Positions 14,415 to 26,776 of a stretch of DNA of 64,000 nucleotides are shown here, piece by piece. The stretch is from Octopus sinensis (lineage: Eukaryota). The notes under the pieces are model-generated. The model had not been told where the DNA came from. It ran no database searches and saw only the letters and a list, made by a program, of their open reading frames with translations. Position 1 is the first letter of the stretch; every line of letters begins with the position of its first letter. Both the position numbers and the translations under genes were made by a program. Location: the NCBI RefSeq assembly GCF_006345805.1, contig NC_043003.1, forward strand, positions 67,766,001-67,830,000, given 5' to 3'.

Positions 14415-14610
14415 AAGGTACATGGCTTAGTTGTGACTTGATCCGGAGGCTCTAAATTCGATTCCTGGCGGCGCCTTGCATCCTGGAGGGCGACAGTTTA
14501 TTTCAGATTGCACCAGTCTACTCAACCGGCAAAAATAAGTAGTACCTGTAACTGAAAGTTGATCCGCTGAACGAATCAATTAGGCTTGTCATCGTAGTAA
14601 CCGATGGCGA
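14415..14610 (+). mobile_element. degenerate SINE (family C)
   Basis: ATGGCTTAGT, TTCGATTCCTGG and CCAGTCTACTCAACCGGCAAAAATAAGTAG motifs. Confidence 0.55.
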
Positions 14611-14695
14611 GCTGTGATTGATATGTGTGGGTGTATGTGTGTATACATTCAAATAGATAGGCAGACAGATTTATTGATAGACACACACATTTTTA

Positions 14696-15690
14696 CAGGG
14701 TATTGCAGATAAATTGAGACCAATTTTAAGCAAATGAGTTGGTAGGTTTAACATTTCAGTTTTTGAAAAAACCTTGCTTGCTTGAAAATTTAATCCTCTA
14801 CTTCTTTGTCAGGTAAATAGTGAACTGTTTTGACAACAGACAATCATGGAGAAACAGAAAAGTTCTGCCATTGTTGTTTTCGGAGCACACTGCCAATAGA
14901 ATAGTCAAGTTGACGAAACTACTACAAGCAAGTTTGTCGTGTGAATTAACAAATTAAAAACAGGCAAAATTGATAAAAAAAGAACACAAGTCTCGAAGTG
15001 ATTCCCAGCGCAATCCAAGTATCTCGTTGGCCACAAATGCTCCATTAAAGCCAGTATATCCACATCCATGACAACTCTTGCAAGGAAACGCAGCGTGTCC
15101 CTTTCTACGGTATCCAGAGCTGTGAACAGGAACCTCGGCATGACTTGCTATGTTCGACCACGCCGTCATCTCGTAACAGTCAAGGCCAAAGCAATCAGAG
15201 CCGCGAAAAGCCTAAAGCTTTTATCATTCATCAAGCATGGATGTGCAGGAAAATTTCCTGCGTTTCTGGAGAAAGAGATGTTCACTGCGGACATTGAGGT
15301 GATCCGCAGAAATTTTCGATTGATTGCATGCAACCTTTCTGATGTTCCCACTATGTTTTAGACCAAGAACCCTGCCTTTCTGATGGTATTTGATGCAGCA
15401 GAGAGTGATATAAGTTTCATGGATCCACACTTCAGTGAGTCTGGCTTGAAGATCGGCACCAACGAGTATCCGGACATCCTAAAGAACTCTGTTACCTTGG
15501 ATGGAGCAGAAGTTTAGGCTTAACAATGCGGTGTTTAACCAGGATTCTGCACTTTGCCATGGGTCAAGAGCTATACAGGTGAGAAGGTGACAATTTTTGT
15601 GAGGGCCAATACCTGGCCCAGTAGTAGTTGAGATGTGAACATGGTCGATTAATTTTTTGTGGGGCGTGTTTCAAGCTAAGATCAATGCGT
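14696..15690 (+). mobile_element. decayed Tc1/mariner element (maT/DD37D-like transposase pseudogene), 3' truncated
   Basis: Begins TA|CAGGG. ORF 15068-15361 carries SLSTVSRAVNRNLGMTCYVRPRRHL (HTH and linker). Downstream frames give QDSA..H and WPSSS motifs, with many stops and frameshifts. Confidence 0.85.
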
Positions 15691-15716
15691 GTGTATGTGT
15701 GTTTGTGTGTGTGTGT

Positions 15717-15754
<38 letters not shown>

Positions 15755-15907
15755 TACGTATGCGTGCATACATATAATTGATTTGTGAATCAATAAGGCT
15801 ACCGAACCACTAAGTCACGGAAAATTGAACAAACCAATACCAGATATTCAGCAGTGGTGCGAGATAATCACAAACACAAAACCCACATACATGCATGTAT
15901 ATATATA

Positions 15908-15978
<71 letters not shown>

Positions 15979-16050
15979 TGTGTGTGTGTGGAGAGAGAGA
16001 GATTAATATTGCTAACTCTCTCTAGAGGAAACAACGGCAGCAGTACTGGA

Positions 16051-16486
16051 TATTAATGGTTTTTGCCAAGCTAACATGGCAGTCTAGGAAAAAAGGACGA
16101 ATGCTACTGTTGATTAGCTTAGCCGAATTGCCGTATTAGGTTGGCAATAATTATTAATACCCAGTACTGCTCCCTTAGTCTCGTTTAGAGAAATTTAGAA
16201 CTAATAATATTTCTGAAAACCAGTGGATGTGTTCCACTGAATATATATAAACCTTCGAACAGACAGTCAGTACTGCTGGGTTCGGCTCCTCCACATTGAG
16301 AAGGAGCAATCACCCCGAAACTAGTCTGTGGATGTTGACCCAGCAATGGGAAGCTGCTGATCTCCCATTTTCGAAGGTTGTAATGGACACAGGTTTCTGC
16401 GTCACATGGTCTCTTGGGGCTAATCAACGGCAGTATTTGTCCTTTTTTCCTGGACTGCCATGTTAGCTTGGCGATAACTATTAATA
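16051..16486. mobile_element. non-autonomous TIR element (MITE-like), about 68-bp TIRs
   Basis: 16051-16118 (TATTAATGG..GCCAAGCTAACATGGCAGTCTAGGAAAAAAGGAC..GTTGATTAGC) is inversely repeated at 16419-16486. Confidence 0.7.
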
Positions 16487-17203
16487 TATAAATATATATA
16501 TATATAAGTACAAATGCTTATCCTTATGTTTGCTCCTGTAGCTGCTCAAGTTTAAATCTCTCAAGCAATACGAATTGTAGACCTCATTGTCTTTCTTCCA
16601 TCAATCTTTTAGCTTAATGCATAATCTCATCACCAAACATATTTATAATATAAGTATATATAGATCTAATTATGATAACTCAATCACCATCTCATACTTC
16701 TGAAAAGTTTTTTTTCTCTTGCCTCACGTAGATTAAATATATGAACTAGTGTAATCGATATTACAACTTCATAAATTTATATTTTTCACATAATTAAATT
16801 TTATTCAATTCAATTTTAAAGTCTTTGGCCCAAATTTCGGAATGATTTCATTCTAATGTACTTTTAACATAATTTCAAAGAAAACTTTACTTCTTTTACT
16901 ACGTCAAATTTGTAATAGAGTGTTATAATCAATTGAATTGGCCGAATTAATAATTATTCATGTGAGTTTAGGAACTTAACCAATTCATTGTTTTAAGCTA
17001 GAAAGAAGTGAATTCAATTATTCATGAGAATTACTTATTCATCCCAACATGACGTTTACATATATACCCAGCCAAGTTTCAAAGGGCTTTTATCATTCCA
17101 GTTAGAGTAATGCATGTTTGAAACCCTCATGCGTTTATTAAAAAAAGAAGTATATACCGACATCAATCAACAATCGTATCTTGGACCAGTAACCATTCCT
17201 TAC

Positions 17204-17293
17204 TTATGCCAGGAATATTAATGTTGTTTGTCTGCCAGAAACAGATGCGTGATAGTCGAAGTAGGGAATTTCGATGGAGTTACATACACACTC
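17204..17293 (-). other. candidate 90-bp non-coding or terminal-codon exon
   Basis: Minus strand AAAATGTTTTCAG|GAGTG...GGCATAA|GTAAGG. All three frames contain a stop. Confidence 0.25.
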
Positions 17294-18067
17294 CTGAAAA
17301 CATTTTAATGCTATAGCGTAAAATATAACGTCTTACCGGATTATCATTTCGAGAATATTGTATTTTCCTCACACACATCTACTCTTACATTTAATTATTG
17401 AAGAAAATCCATTAAATACTGTTAGAGACAAAACAAAAATATATTAATTTAAAGCTAATAAAAAAACGAAGCACTCAACAAAAATAGAAATTTGAATATT
17501 TCTGCATAACTTTGGGAATGAAAAGTGCGAGCAAGGAACCAATATTGTTAAATCCGGCATTAAGCAAATATTTGGAAATGGTCGTGTTTAGAACAATGAA
17601 ATTAATCGATGAAAAATCATTTACATTGTTTCCAGAACGTCTGGAACAGTTTGCAAATTAGCACACCAATTCATAAATGAAGAAGTGGAAAAACATATAA
17701 ATATACAATAAAAAACATAAAAAGAAACAGATCCTTTCATTGAAATGTAATAATTATTTACAGCATACAAAATTATTCAGACCGTATAATTGGCGGTTTA
17801 ATGAAACAGTATTTGCAATTCATAGCAATGTTCTTTTTGTGCGTAAATCGAATATCAGGACGATATTTACTTGCATAAGTGTGTATGACTGAGAAGATAA
17901 ATACGAAATAAGAAAATTAAAACACACACGACAGTTGTATGCTGCTTACAGTAGGCGCCAAATAAATATTAGAAATTGCTATCGTTGCTCACTGATAATG
18001 GGAGATGCTTTCTCAAATATCTTCCTGAAGTTTTTATTTCAGATGTTTTTTTTTTCTTTAACTATAT

Positions 18068-18480
18068 GATACAGGAGTGGTTGTATATTAAGACGCGTAC
18101 TTCTCAATCACATGATTCCGTGTTCAACCTCATTACATGATAACTTGGATAGGTGTTTGCTACTAAAACATTGTGAGTGGACGAAAACTAGAAGACTGTC
18201 GTATATATATATATATATATATTATGAGAGGCCTCACTGATGAGCAAGAAAGCTACGAATGTTCCGTCCTGGTTTTCCTGTCTGTCTTTGTATCGTCCAC
18301 CTGTCCGTATTGTCTGTTACGTTCTTGTTCCGTTTTGGGGGGATTTATACCGAATGACAACAGGTGTTGGTTTGCTTATGTCTCCGTAATTTAGCGGTTT
18401 GGAGAAAACAACCAATTTAGTAAGTACCTAGCTGAGCAAAAATAAGTTCTAGGTTGACAAATGTGACAAGAAAAAATAAA
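18068..18480 (+). mobile_element. degenerate long SINE (family A) with an internal unrelated insert
   Basis: ACAGGAGTGGTTGT head, GACGGAAAAC-like block and CCGTAATTTAGCGGTTTGG block. 18225-18350 does not match the other copies. Confidence 0.6.
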
Positions 18481-19258
18481 AGCTAATCCAAAACAAAAGA
18501 TGTATTAGAAGATAATTTGATGAGTGTAGCATAATTTATACATTTCCTCTACCACTGAGTAAAGCTGTTTACTAGTTTCACGACTATACGAACATAATAC
18601 TGGTAAATATTTCCTTTGTGAGTGAAATTTGCCATTTTCATGATGTCGGGAAATCTGATAAATTGTAAACTGCAGCTTTAGTTCAGATCACACAACCTTA
18701 AAGTAGTTACTTTTGGGGTTCGTGGGCAGTTAAAATATGATTATTAATACTTACTATGTGTGCGTATGTACGCATGTATGTACACACACATAGGTCTACA
18801 GATATATTTATATCTTAAAATATGGTATATACAAAAGAAGATCAGAAAATTAAGCTATTATTTTTTCAAAATTGATTTATTTAGTTTCTGCATTAATTAT
18901 GTAACTAATTTTGTATTGACCACAATAACTAATAAAATAGAGTTCATATATCTCGCTCGCCTTACGTCATTTTCGTATGAAGAAGAAAAATCCGCCTGTT
19001 TTTATTTTATTTTTATTTTAAAAACAACGGGCAAGCAACACATTGGAACTCGGGTTAAACTGCTGTTTCCCCTTCTCTTTGCTTTATATATATCTATCTA
19101 TCTTTATATATATATATATTATATATATATATAATATATATATATATATAATATATATATATATACACATACATAAATACATTCATATATATATACATAC
19201 ATAAATACATTCATATATATATATATATACACATACATACATACATACATATATATAT

Positions 19259-19299
<41 letters not shown>

Positions 19300-19589
19300 A
19301 CTGTGTCTGTGGAAAGTCATTCTCTTCTAGTGTCCTTGTGACTTAACGCGCTGACCGGTAAAATTTCCACTCAATTACTTATTTATTTTTCTAAAATTTT
19401 CGCTGCGCCTTGCCGACTTTTCGATTGTTGCTATTCAAGGTGCGTTATTTTAGCTTGTTTGTGCGCATGTCTGGGTCAGTGTGTATGTCCATACACATGT
19501 ATATATGTATATATGTATGTCTATATGCATGTATGTATACATACATGCAAGTGTGTGTATGCATGTATGTATGTGTTTGTGTGGGGGAG

Positions 19590-19915
19590 GAGGCCAGTGC
19601 TACTTATTTTATTGAATCGAAATTATGAAAGGCAAAGTCGACCTCGGCAGAATGTGAACACAGAACGTAAAAACACACGAATTATATGTTTCTTTACTAC
19701 CCACAAGGGGCTAAGCACAGAGAGGACAAACATGGAGAGACAAACGCATTAAGTCGATTATATCGACCCAGTGTGTGACTGGTACTTATTTAATCGACCC
19801 CGAAAGGATGAAAGGCAAAGTCGACCTCGACGGAATTTGAACTGAGAACGTAGCGACAGACGAAATACAGCTAAGCATTTCGCCCGAGGTGCTAACGTTT
19901 CTGCCAGATCACCGC
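19590..19915 (-). mobile_element. two nested or adjacent family B SINE copies
   Basis: GAAAGGCAAAGTCGACCTCG occurs twice (near 19627 and near 19810). The second copy is near full length. Confidence 0.85.
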
Positions 19916-21220
19916 ATTTCGAATCTAAAATACTAAAGCTTCAATAGTCCTTGCATGGGACATTGAACAAGGCAATGACTCGCTTTTATGTATTTAAGTT
20001 CCTATCACATTATTTCCTTTTCATCCACATTTCAATTTTGTTCTACTAACATTTCGAAACAGCAACTCTTGTTTTGACTAAAAGATTAAGGAAATAATAT
20101 ACCCAATCATTTTCTCAGACGTTGGTAACTTGCTGATTAGAAAACTATTTCATTTCAACTAATAAGTGTAATTAGTGTGGCATTTGAAATATGCTTCCTT
20201 AGTAAATGAAAAATGTCGCAATAAATTTTCAATTTGCACAAAAAGTTTCCATATTGCTGCTCATATTTAACAGAACTATCAAACAGGCATGCGCACAGAC
20301 ACGGGCGTTCACACATCCACTTATACACACATACGTACATAGATATGTATATATGTGTGTGTGTGTCAGAGAGAGGGAGAGGGAGAAAGAGTGAGAGAGA
20401 GCGTGTGTGTGCGCGCATAGTGTGTTAGTATGTATAAACATGGCTAAATAACAAAGTCAGTGTTTATTAAAATGTATTTCATTTCCCAAATTTAATAGAA
20501 TCTTCTAGCTGAATTTAATTATTTTATGAACAGCTGATTAGGAACTGATGACGGTTCTGATCCAGGCTCTGCTGATAACATAATGCAATGTAATCGCAAA
20601 TATTAAGAATAATTTCATTCGTTATTTTTGTGCATTCTCGTTAAATTAGTCGACTGTTGCCGCCTTTACAGCGTAAACTTCATCTCATAAGTATTTCATA
20701 GTATGAGATCTGGTGAATGCTGGGTTTGTTCTACTGAACCTCTTCATCATATCTATATATCTGCTTTACCACCATAAGTGTTGAACTATACGGATTACAG
20801 CAGATATGATATAGGAAAAGAATATAAATACAGAGAATATCTAGTCTTAATATATATTAAAGGTAGAGATTAATTTGTCCTTAGTTTCTTCAACACATTA
20901 ACATCATCATCAGATCCTCACTTTCAAGCACATTATGCATTTTCTGTTGAAAATTTTCAGAGATAGTTTGTATTCTTTGAAATCGATAGCAATTCAGTGT
21001 TCATTGCAAATTTAAGAAAAGAAAGATACGACGGTTGTGACATTAGACTTGTAGCATGATGCCAGAAAAGGGGCTTTGGGGAAATAAAAGAAAATCTCTT
21101 CTGTAGCACTATACTTCTCAAACAGTTTATGATATCTGAGTAGAATAACTTACTGACGCTAAGGTAACGTGTTACAAACCCATAATGCACAACATCCTTG
21201 GAATGAAAAAAGGCAATATA

Positions 21221-21767
21221 TTGGGTTGTCCGGAAAGTTCGTGCCTATTTTTAAAGGAAAGAAAAAGGTCAATAAATACTTGCCATTACATTTTTAATCA
21301 ACCAAATAAGGAAGATTATGTTGCATGGTGCGTCTCCATCTTTCCTTTAACTTGAAAATACCCTCTTCCCAGAATTGATCTGGTTTTATCGCAAACAATT
21401 CATCAAGGTATCTTTTGACGTCATCCAAGGAATTGAAACTTTTACCATTAAGACTAGTCTGCAGAGACCTGAATAAGTGGAAGTCCGAAGGTGCAATATC
21501 TGCTGAATATGGAGGGTGAGGTAACAAATCCCAGCCGAGCTGCAGCAATTTTTGTCTGGTTCCCAAAGCATCAAGTGCAGTCCATTTTAAAGGGTTACAG
21601 AATTAACACAGATTATAGGAACATAAACCTTCTTCGACGAAAAGATAGCTGAAACTATACTCTAAATGGAGGTGTAGTCAAATCCTATTTTATGAACTCA
21701 ACCATGTTCTAAATTAAGTCGAAAAATAAGCTACTATAAATCGGCACGAACTTTCCGGACAACTCAA
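21221..21767 (-). mobile_element. internally deleted mariner element with both TIRs
   Basis: TA|TTGGGTTGTCCGGAAAGTTCGTGCC ... GGCACGAACTTTCCGGACAACTCAA|TA. ORF 21294-21566 has HPPYSADIAPSDFHLFRSL, the mariner C-terminal motif. Confidence 0.95.
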
Positions 21768-22862
21768 TACAACACTTTAACCTTTGTGTGACTCAGTTGT
21801 TTAATTTTACAACGCGGTGACAAATATCATTTTTACCTTTTTTACTGTGTAGACCCACACTCGCTTTTCGTGAGCTTCAGCGATAAGTTTTAGAGTGTTT
21901 TCATTAAAAATTTGACCGAAGAGGAATATGAGTTTTATGTTCACACGTTTTTTACCAACGTGATGCATTTTATATGAAAAAATCAGGAGAATCATTGTTT
22001 TACAGAAACGTCTAGGGATGTTTAATCAAAATAGCAAAATACTAGAGCTCATAGATGGCGCTTTTGGAATCTGATTAATTTTAGGAAATTTGAAATGCAG
22101 CTCGGACACATTTAGGCTTAATGTAAAATTAAGAATGACCCTGAATGAGAACCTCAGAAATACGTTGCTGTTCCATGTGATTCATTATTTAATTTGAAAT
22201 TTTCTTCTAGGTTAGAGGTACTTTCTCTAGCAATTTTAGACCGATAAGTACATGACACACAGTAACGTGGCTTTACCTTGACTGGAGATCTCGATCATAT
22301 ATTTAGAGTAATGCATTCGTTTGGACACCTCATCATTTTGTTTTGGCGGAGGAGGGGGAACAATATCAAATAAATGTGTGTGTTTCAGTTTGTCCTCCAC
22401 AAATCTGGACAATCGGAGTTGGCTTTTCACGTCTCCGTAACTTAGTGGCTCGGAAAATATGACGATAAAATAAACAGCGGAATTTCAAAGCAATAAGTAC
22501 TGAGATGGATTTGTTTCGAATAAACCGCTTCAAGGCTGTGCCGTAGCCTGACCACGCTCCATGCTAGAACACTAAACCAAGTAGAAGATAGACAATAAAA
22601 GATGTGTATGTCTATACTTGTTTATGTGCGTCTCTATGTGCTTCTATACACGCGCTTCTTTCTCTGAGTGTGTGCGCATGTGTGTGCTTGTGAGCTTCTC
22701 AGTAACTTTTAGGCAATTATGTACTTTTATCTCTAAGTGAACTTATATTTCTGCACATAATAGTAAGTTGCAGAACTTCTATCATACAAAACCATATATT
22801 TTCTCCTTGGCATTTAAATATCACTGATGAAGCATTTAGGATAAATCTATCGCGTTATCTTT

Positions 22863-22910
<48 letters not shown>

Positions 22911-24149
22911 CTTTCATTATATATTCTGGTTTTGTCTTACTCACTGTCATTCGCTAAATTCCTTATCTTCTTTATTCAATGGAATATTTATGTATTTTAT
23001 CTTCCCTTTGCATTCTCCTTACATACTACCTTCCAATAACACTATAATTCACTCTAATACTATAAAATGCCATATTATATTGTTATTAAACCTATAGTTA
23101 TTTATTATCTTCTATTATAGATTCCATTCTTTTGTCTTTCTTGGAATCTTCCTTAATTCAGAATCTCGTCATAAACACACATACACACACACACATATAT
23201 ATACATATGTATATATATATATATATACATATACAGGTACGTTTGTTTATAGTAACGATTGCATGTTCAAATGTATATCTCATGTCTGTCTATGTCGTGC
23301 GTTAATATCAGTTGCATTACAGACTCGGTGTTGGAACGGTCCAATGGCAAAATTGCATTTGGTTGCGCTCTCAAATGAGATCTTTCAGCGCTGATCAAAT
23401 ATGTATGTGTACAATAAATGCTGGAACGTACCGGTTTGTTCCGGCATTTATGTCATGCTTTTGTACTATACCGTCATGTTGCAGTATACTTTAGAAGCCA
23501 CTACTTCAGTTTAATGCATCCATCACAAACATAACAACAAAGATAAATAAGAATGTTTCATACAAGCATTAATATCACAAATGATATTAAATGATTTTTT
23601 GGCGTACAGCACTACGAATTAATTGAACGTTGGCTCTATGTTGGCTGTTCACTTTCTCCGCTTTCTGGATTTAAACTCTGCTAAGATAAACGGAGTAAGT
23701 TGACCTGAGTGTCCGTAAATATTTGTCGGCCCAAGGGTGTCGATTGCAGAGTTAGTTTTCGTCGAATAGGATGCATTTCAGTATCTGAAACAGTACTAGG
23801 CATTCCAAGTTCGAATTTCGTAGCGATTTAAATGCTGGCAATAGCGACAGATGATCCCAACAACACGAAAATAAAGTAAAACTTCATAACTGCATTGTTT
23901 GTGGCCCACAGATCATTCCCTTTGCAGTTATCAATCGAATGATTAATAATAATGAGTAACAGAATATTAATATTGAATAGTTCATGGAATTTTCTGAGAT
24001 TTAGAAGATTTACAAGTGAAAAGAACATTTATATTTTATAATCCGATTCCATAAGCATATAGTCTATATCAAAATTGCTAAATTGTTGTAGATTGGTTGA
24101 TAGTATCGATATTTTATTTGTAAGTTAAAACAACGTATGTTGATTGGTG

Positions 24150-24700
24150 TTTGGTTCAATTGTTTTGTGTATGTTGCCCCTTGGATTTTTTTTCTTTTTC
24201 CGGTGTTTCTCCTGACGTTAAAAATGTTTTTCTTCTGTTGATGTTTGCTTGATGGATTTTGCGTTTTAGTTGTGGTATTTTACTTGGTTTCGTTATGTTT
24301 TCTCTCCTGTTTTTTGTATTATGTATATTATGTTTCAATTTCTTGTTAGCATTCTTTTTAATAATCTGGGGTAAAGATCTAGGTTTACTTCGAGATTTAC
24401 ACCGGGTTTATTGCCCAGTTCCCTGTAGGTAATCTCTATTGTGGTCTTGAAAATGATTTCCTGTTATTTCTACATTTAATGCTTTTTGTTCATATTCTCT
24501 GCATTAGAACGTTTGCGAGAAAGTCGCTGGCCGGATAACTGAAGAGACGGCCGCGTGGGTGTCCGCTCCGACATCCGAAACACGGAGTTTTATCATGGCT
24601 ACCGAACAATTGTCATTTATTATATTTACAGGTAAACTCCTCTATTTACATAATATCGAAGTCTCTTTCATTCCTTTGTTGTTTTACCATTTCTATCAAT
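24150..24700 (+). repeat. T-rich interspersed-repeat-like segment ending in a hammerhead-like motif (possibly Penelope-related)
   Basis: Composition differs from the flanks and the segment carries the motif at 24528-24601. The family assignment is inference. Confidence 0.35.
24528..24601 (+). ncRNA. candidate type I hammerhead ribozyme
   Basis: CTGAAGA at 24539-24545, GAAAC at 24577-24581, AC/GT stem III and GTT cleavage triplet at 24587-24589. Stem I TGGCCGGATAA/TTATCATGGCTA gives 11 pairs with one bulge. The stem II region is atypical. Confidence 0.55.
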
Positions 24701-24811
24701 ATACACAAACACAGATACAAACACACACACACACATATATATATGTATATAAAGCGGCATGGTTGATCTCTAAATCCACAAGTTTTTGTTTTCCTGTGAA
24801 TTTCATCTCTG

Positions 24812-24896
<85 letters not shown>

Positions 24897-24898
<2 letters not shown>

Positions 24899-25233
24899 AA
24901 ATTAAATAAGGGTATAAATTGATATTAATCAATTAAAACAAATGGTTTAGCATATTTTTAAAAATATGATTAAAAACTGTGTTACATACCAAATTTAGAG
25001 GACTGACCACTAAAAGTTTTGGTTCTTTAAACGTTTTGGGTTTTTGGCTGAGATTTGTCTTGAGAACACATTTTTCGTGGTAATGGCGATTTGACGTCTA
25101 TGTTTAGCATATAGGCTGTCCACTTTTAGTGGTCAGTCCTCTAAATTTTGTATGAAACACAATTTTTAATCTTTGGATTTTTTTAAAAATATGCTAAGTC
25201 ATTCGTTTTAATTTCTACCCTTATTTAATTTTA
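24897..25233. repeat. foldback inverted repeat (about 115-bp arms, 104-bp spacer)
   Basis: 24897-25017 is the reverse complement of 25122-25233 with small indels, e.g. AAATTTAGAGGACTGACCACTAAAAGT / ACTTTTAGTGGTCAGTCCTCTAAATTT. Confidence 0.85.
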
Positions 25234-26562
25234 AATAAACATGTTCTCTTACCGGTAAATTTTCTGATGTAGTTCATTAACTGCAGAGTAGTTTCCAATC
25301 TCAGCGCGCCAAAGCAAGGGCACTTGAAACGATACATCTAAATATAATTTGTAGAACTTTATACATACTGGATTTCGGTTGAGCGTTCTGTGTCTAGTTC
25401 TGGAAATTGTTTTGTAAACGACAGACTATGCTCATGAACTTGCAGATGTTTGCCTGTCCATATACGTAAATATTTACAAGTGAAACGAATGGTACATAGG
25501 TAATCGTTTTTTTTTAATTCGTATATTTTTATTTGCCTTGATTATTTTTACATTTTGTTTTTTTGCTGAGGTTTTTCATGAGAACACATTCTTCGTGGTA
25601 ATGGCGATTTGACGTCTATCTTCAGTAAGAGCACTTTACTAGATTTAGCACTTAATACCTGACGAGATTGACTTGTTCTAGGAACCTACGAAATTATGTC
25701 GTATGGAACTGAGTCAAACTACTATTAAAAACTATATTTTGTGTACGACTAATTATGCACGTATGATGGCTTTGTCTGTTTGTTTGTGGGTAGGTGGGTG
25801 GGTGTATGTTTGTGTGTGTGTGTGTGCGTATGTTGTGTGTGTGTGCCCATGTGTGTGTGGGGGGCAAATAAACTATACAATCTCCTATCCAACTCATGTA
25901 CATAAATAAAAATTGAGTTTCCTGACAATCCATTTCCTGTTTTTGATGACAACATGTCTTAGGAGACAGGTTCTTTCTCTCATCTGCTACATAATATAGT
26001 CACAAATTAAGTTAGCACTGTATTAGTAGCTAATTTTTATCTTCGTGCTATCGATGGTTCTTCATTAATAATCCAAAATCTAATGTATGCAGTCAACAGC
26101 ATAAATAAGAACTTAAATAAAATAAATTTAAACAGTATAAAGTTTGTGTGACTGAATCGTGAAGTGATGGATCCACAAGGACAGAGCAACACTGTAAAAT
26201 TCCCCCCGCGAGGGAGACACGCAAATGTAAAAGAAATCTCTCCAGTGTAGCAGAGAAACACACAGGAATCCGAGACCTTATCCTGAAAAGTTCCACGCAA
26301 TGCAGAGACACGTTCTAGCCCGTAGCTCACAGACGATCTACTTATTCTCTCCAAATTTCCTGTTGTTACTTCAATGGTATGTTCTACAAGGAATTGCTTG
26401 GATACAAACCTTTACTCAGACATCTAGACTAACTACTTTTGTCTCTTTAGTACTCGTCACACTCCTCAACATCCGCTCTATATAGTATGCACAGTTTTTT
26501 TCTTTTCCAGAACCTCGGCTCGCTCGACCTGACTCTTTGTTCAAGTCACATGCTTGTAATAT

Positions 26563-26776
26563 ATTTTTCTACTCTTGGCACAAAGCCCGAAATTCTGGGG
26601 GAGGGGGTCAGTTTATTATATTGACCCTAGTACGCAACTGGTACTTAATTTGTCGACCCCGAAAGGATGAAAGGCAAAATCGACCTCGGCACAATTTCAA
26701 CTCAGAACGTAAACGCAGACGAAATATCGCTAAGCATTTCGCCCGGCGTGGTAATGTTTCTGCCAGTTCGCCGCCT
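26563..26776 (-). mobile_element. short SINE (family B)
   Basis: GTCGACCCCGAAAGGATGAAAGGCAAAATCGACCTCGGC, TTTGAACTCAGAACG-type block and CTGCCAGTTCGCCGCC 5' end. Confidence 0.9.

Noticed and set aside
23640-23890. Signal-peptide-like MKFYFIFVLLGSSVAIASI on the minus strand
   Set aside because: It is followed immediately by TAA and further stops, with no donor site and no recognisable downstream domain.
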